From the NCBI GenBank assembly GCA_976551045.1, contig CDPCPM010000102.1, forward strand, positions 6,882,001 to 6,946,000: 64,000 bases of DNA, given 5' to 3'. Made by a program: the position numbers and the translations under genes. This stretch comes from Glaucostegus cemiculus (Eukaryota). The notes under the pieces are model-generated. The model worked only from the letters and a program-made list of their open reading frames with translations. It ran no database searches and was not told the origin of the DNA. Positions within the stretch are counted from its first letter, which is position 1; every line of letters starts with the position of its first letter. Positions 63,021-64,000 of this stretch are shown here, one piece after another.

Positions 63021-63156
63021 ATGTGTTGAAATTAGCACTGCCCCTAAATGTCAACAATCTCCACCAAGGTGCTGAAAACTCTTGCATTTTTCTCATGACC
63101 TAATGTGATCCATTTAATAGTTTTAAAGGTGCCCACTGTATATGAAATATGATGTA

Positions 63157-64000
63157 CAGTGGCATGCAAAAGTTTACGCACCCCTGGTCAAAATTTCTGT
63201 TACTGAATAGCTAAGTGAGTAAAAGATGACCTGATTTCCAAAAGGCATAAAGTTAATGATGACACATCTCTTTAATATTTTAAGCAAGATTACTTTTTTA
63301 TTTCCATCTTTTACAGTCTCAAAATAACAAAAAAGGAAAAGGGCCCAAAGCAAATGTTTGGGCACCTGCATGGTCATTACTTAGTAACACCCCTTTGGCA
63401 AGTATCACAGTTTGTAAATGCTTTCTGTAGCCAGCTAAGAGTCTTTCAATTCTTGTTTGGGGGATTTTCTCCCATTCTTCCTTGCAAAAGGCTTCTAGTT
63501 GTGAGATTCTTGGGCCGTCTTGCATGCACTGCTCTTTTAAGGCCCATCCACAGATTTTCAATGATGTTTAGGTCGGGGACTGTGAGGGCCATGGCAAAAC
63601 CTTCAGCTTGTGCCTCTTGAGATAGTCCATTGTGGATTTTGAGGTATGTTTAGGATTATTATCCTGTTATAGAAGCCATCCTCTTTTCATTTTCAGCTTT
63701 TTTATAGGCAGTGTGATGTTTGCTTCCAGAATTTGCTGGTATTTAATTGAATTCATTCTTCCCTCTACCAGTGAAATGTTCCCCCTGCTACTGGCTGCAA
63801 CACAAGCCCAAAGCATGATTGATCCACCCCCTTGCTTAGCAGTTGGAGAAGTGTTCTTTTCATGAAATTCTGCACTCCTTTTTCTCCAAAGGTACCTCTG
63901 CTCATTATGGCCTGAAAGTTCTATTTTAACTTCATCAGTCCACAGGACTTGTTTCCAAAATGCATTAGGCTTGTTTAGATGTTCCTTTGCAAACTTCTGA
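63157..64000 (-). mobile_element. Tc1-family (DD34E) DNA transposon, right TIR and C-terminal transposase (inactive; runs off the window)
   Basis: TA|CAGTGGCATGCAAAAGTTT terminus. Minus strand reads [51 protein letters not shown], with 34 residues between the second D and E after frameshift repair. One stop and at least 2 frameshifts. Confidence 0.95.

Larger units (their letters stand above)
1..64000 (+). other. RNGTT: Internal segment of the RNGTT gene (mostly intron; neither gene end is in the window)
   Basis: Three internal coding exons in the correct order. I did not find the preceding exon (motif I, KADG) or the following exon (motif IV, DGLIF), so the flanking introns appear to extend past both window ends. 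Confidence 0.9.

Noticed and set aside
41261-64000. Expected next RNGTT exon (..HEMDGLIFQP..) here, and the preceding KADG exon in 1-16550
   Set aside because: No matching coding sequence found by eye; they probably lie outside the window. A TBLASTN would settle it.
1-64000. CRISPR array, prokaryotic operon or defence system
   Set aside because: No regularly spaced repeats and no gene-dense coding. The sequence is spliceosomal vertebrate intron DNA, and the RT ORFs are LINE-derived.

Overview
Eukaryotic, AT-rich, repeat-dense vertebrate DNA. The repeat set (CR1/HER1-type LINEs, HE1-like V-SINEs, Deu-type SINE relics, Penelope-like termini) points to a cartilaginous fish, probably a ray or shark (inference). 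The window lies inside one + strand host gene, RNGTT (mRNA capping enzyme). Three consecutive guanylyltransferase-domain coding exons are visible: 16551-16686, 23537-23608 and 41096-41260, 373 bp in total, with AG/GT boundaries and compatible phases. The rest is intron, filled with decayed CR1 and Rex1/Babar LINEs, several SINE families, Penelope-like fragments with hammerhead-like cores, a Gmr1-type Gypsy LTR remnant, a Tigger-like MITE and a DD34E Tc1 transposon at the right edge. One Rex1 copy at 57090-59573 still has an open 555-codon RT frame. Almost all ORF-track entries are TE debris or spurious. I see no evidence of a wholly new protein-coding system. The best leads are RNA- and TE-level: hammerhead-like PLE termini, a TE-derived competing splice acceptor, SINE tail swapping and an RNaseH-terminal Gypsy. 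Exon, LTR, MITE and Tc1 left boundaries were read base by base; boundaries of decayed repeats are approximate.
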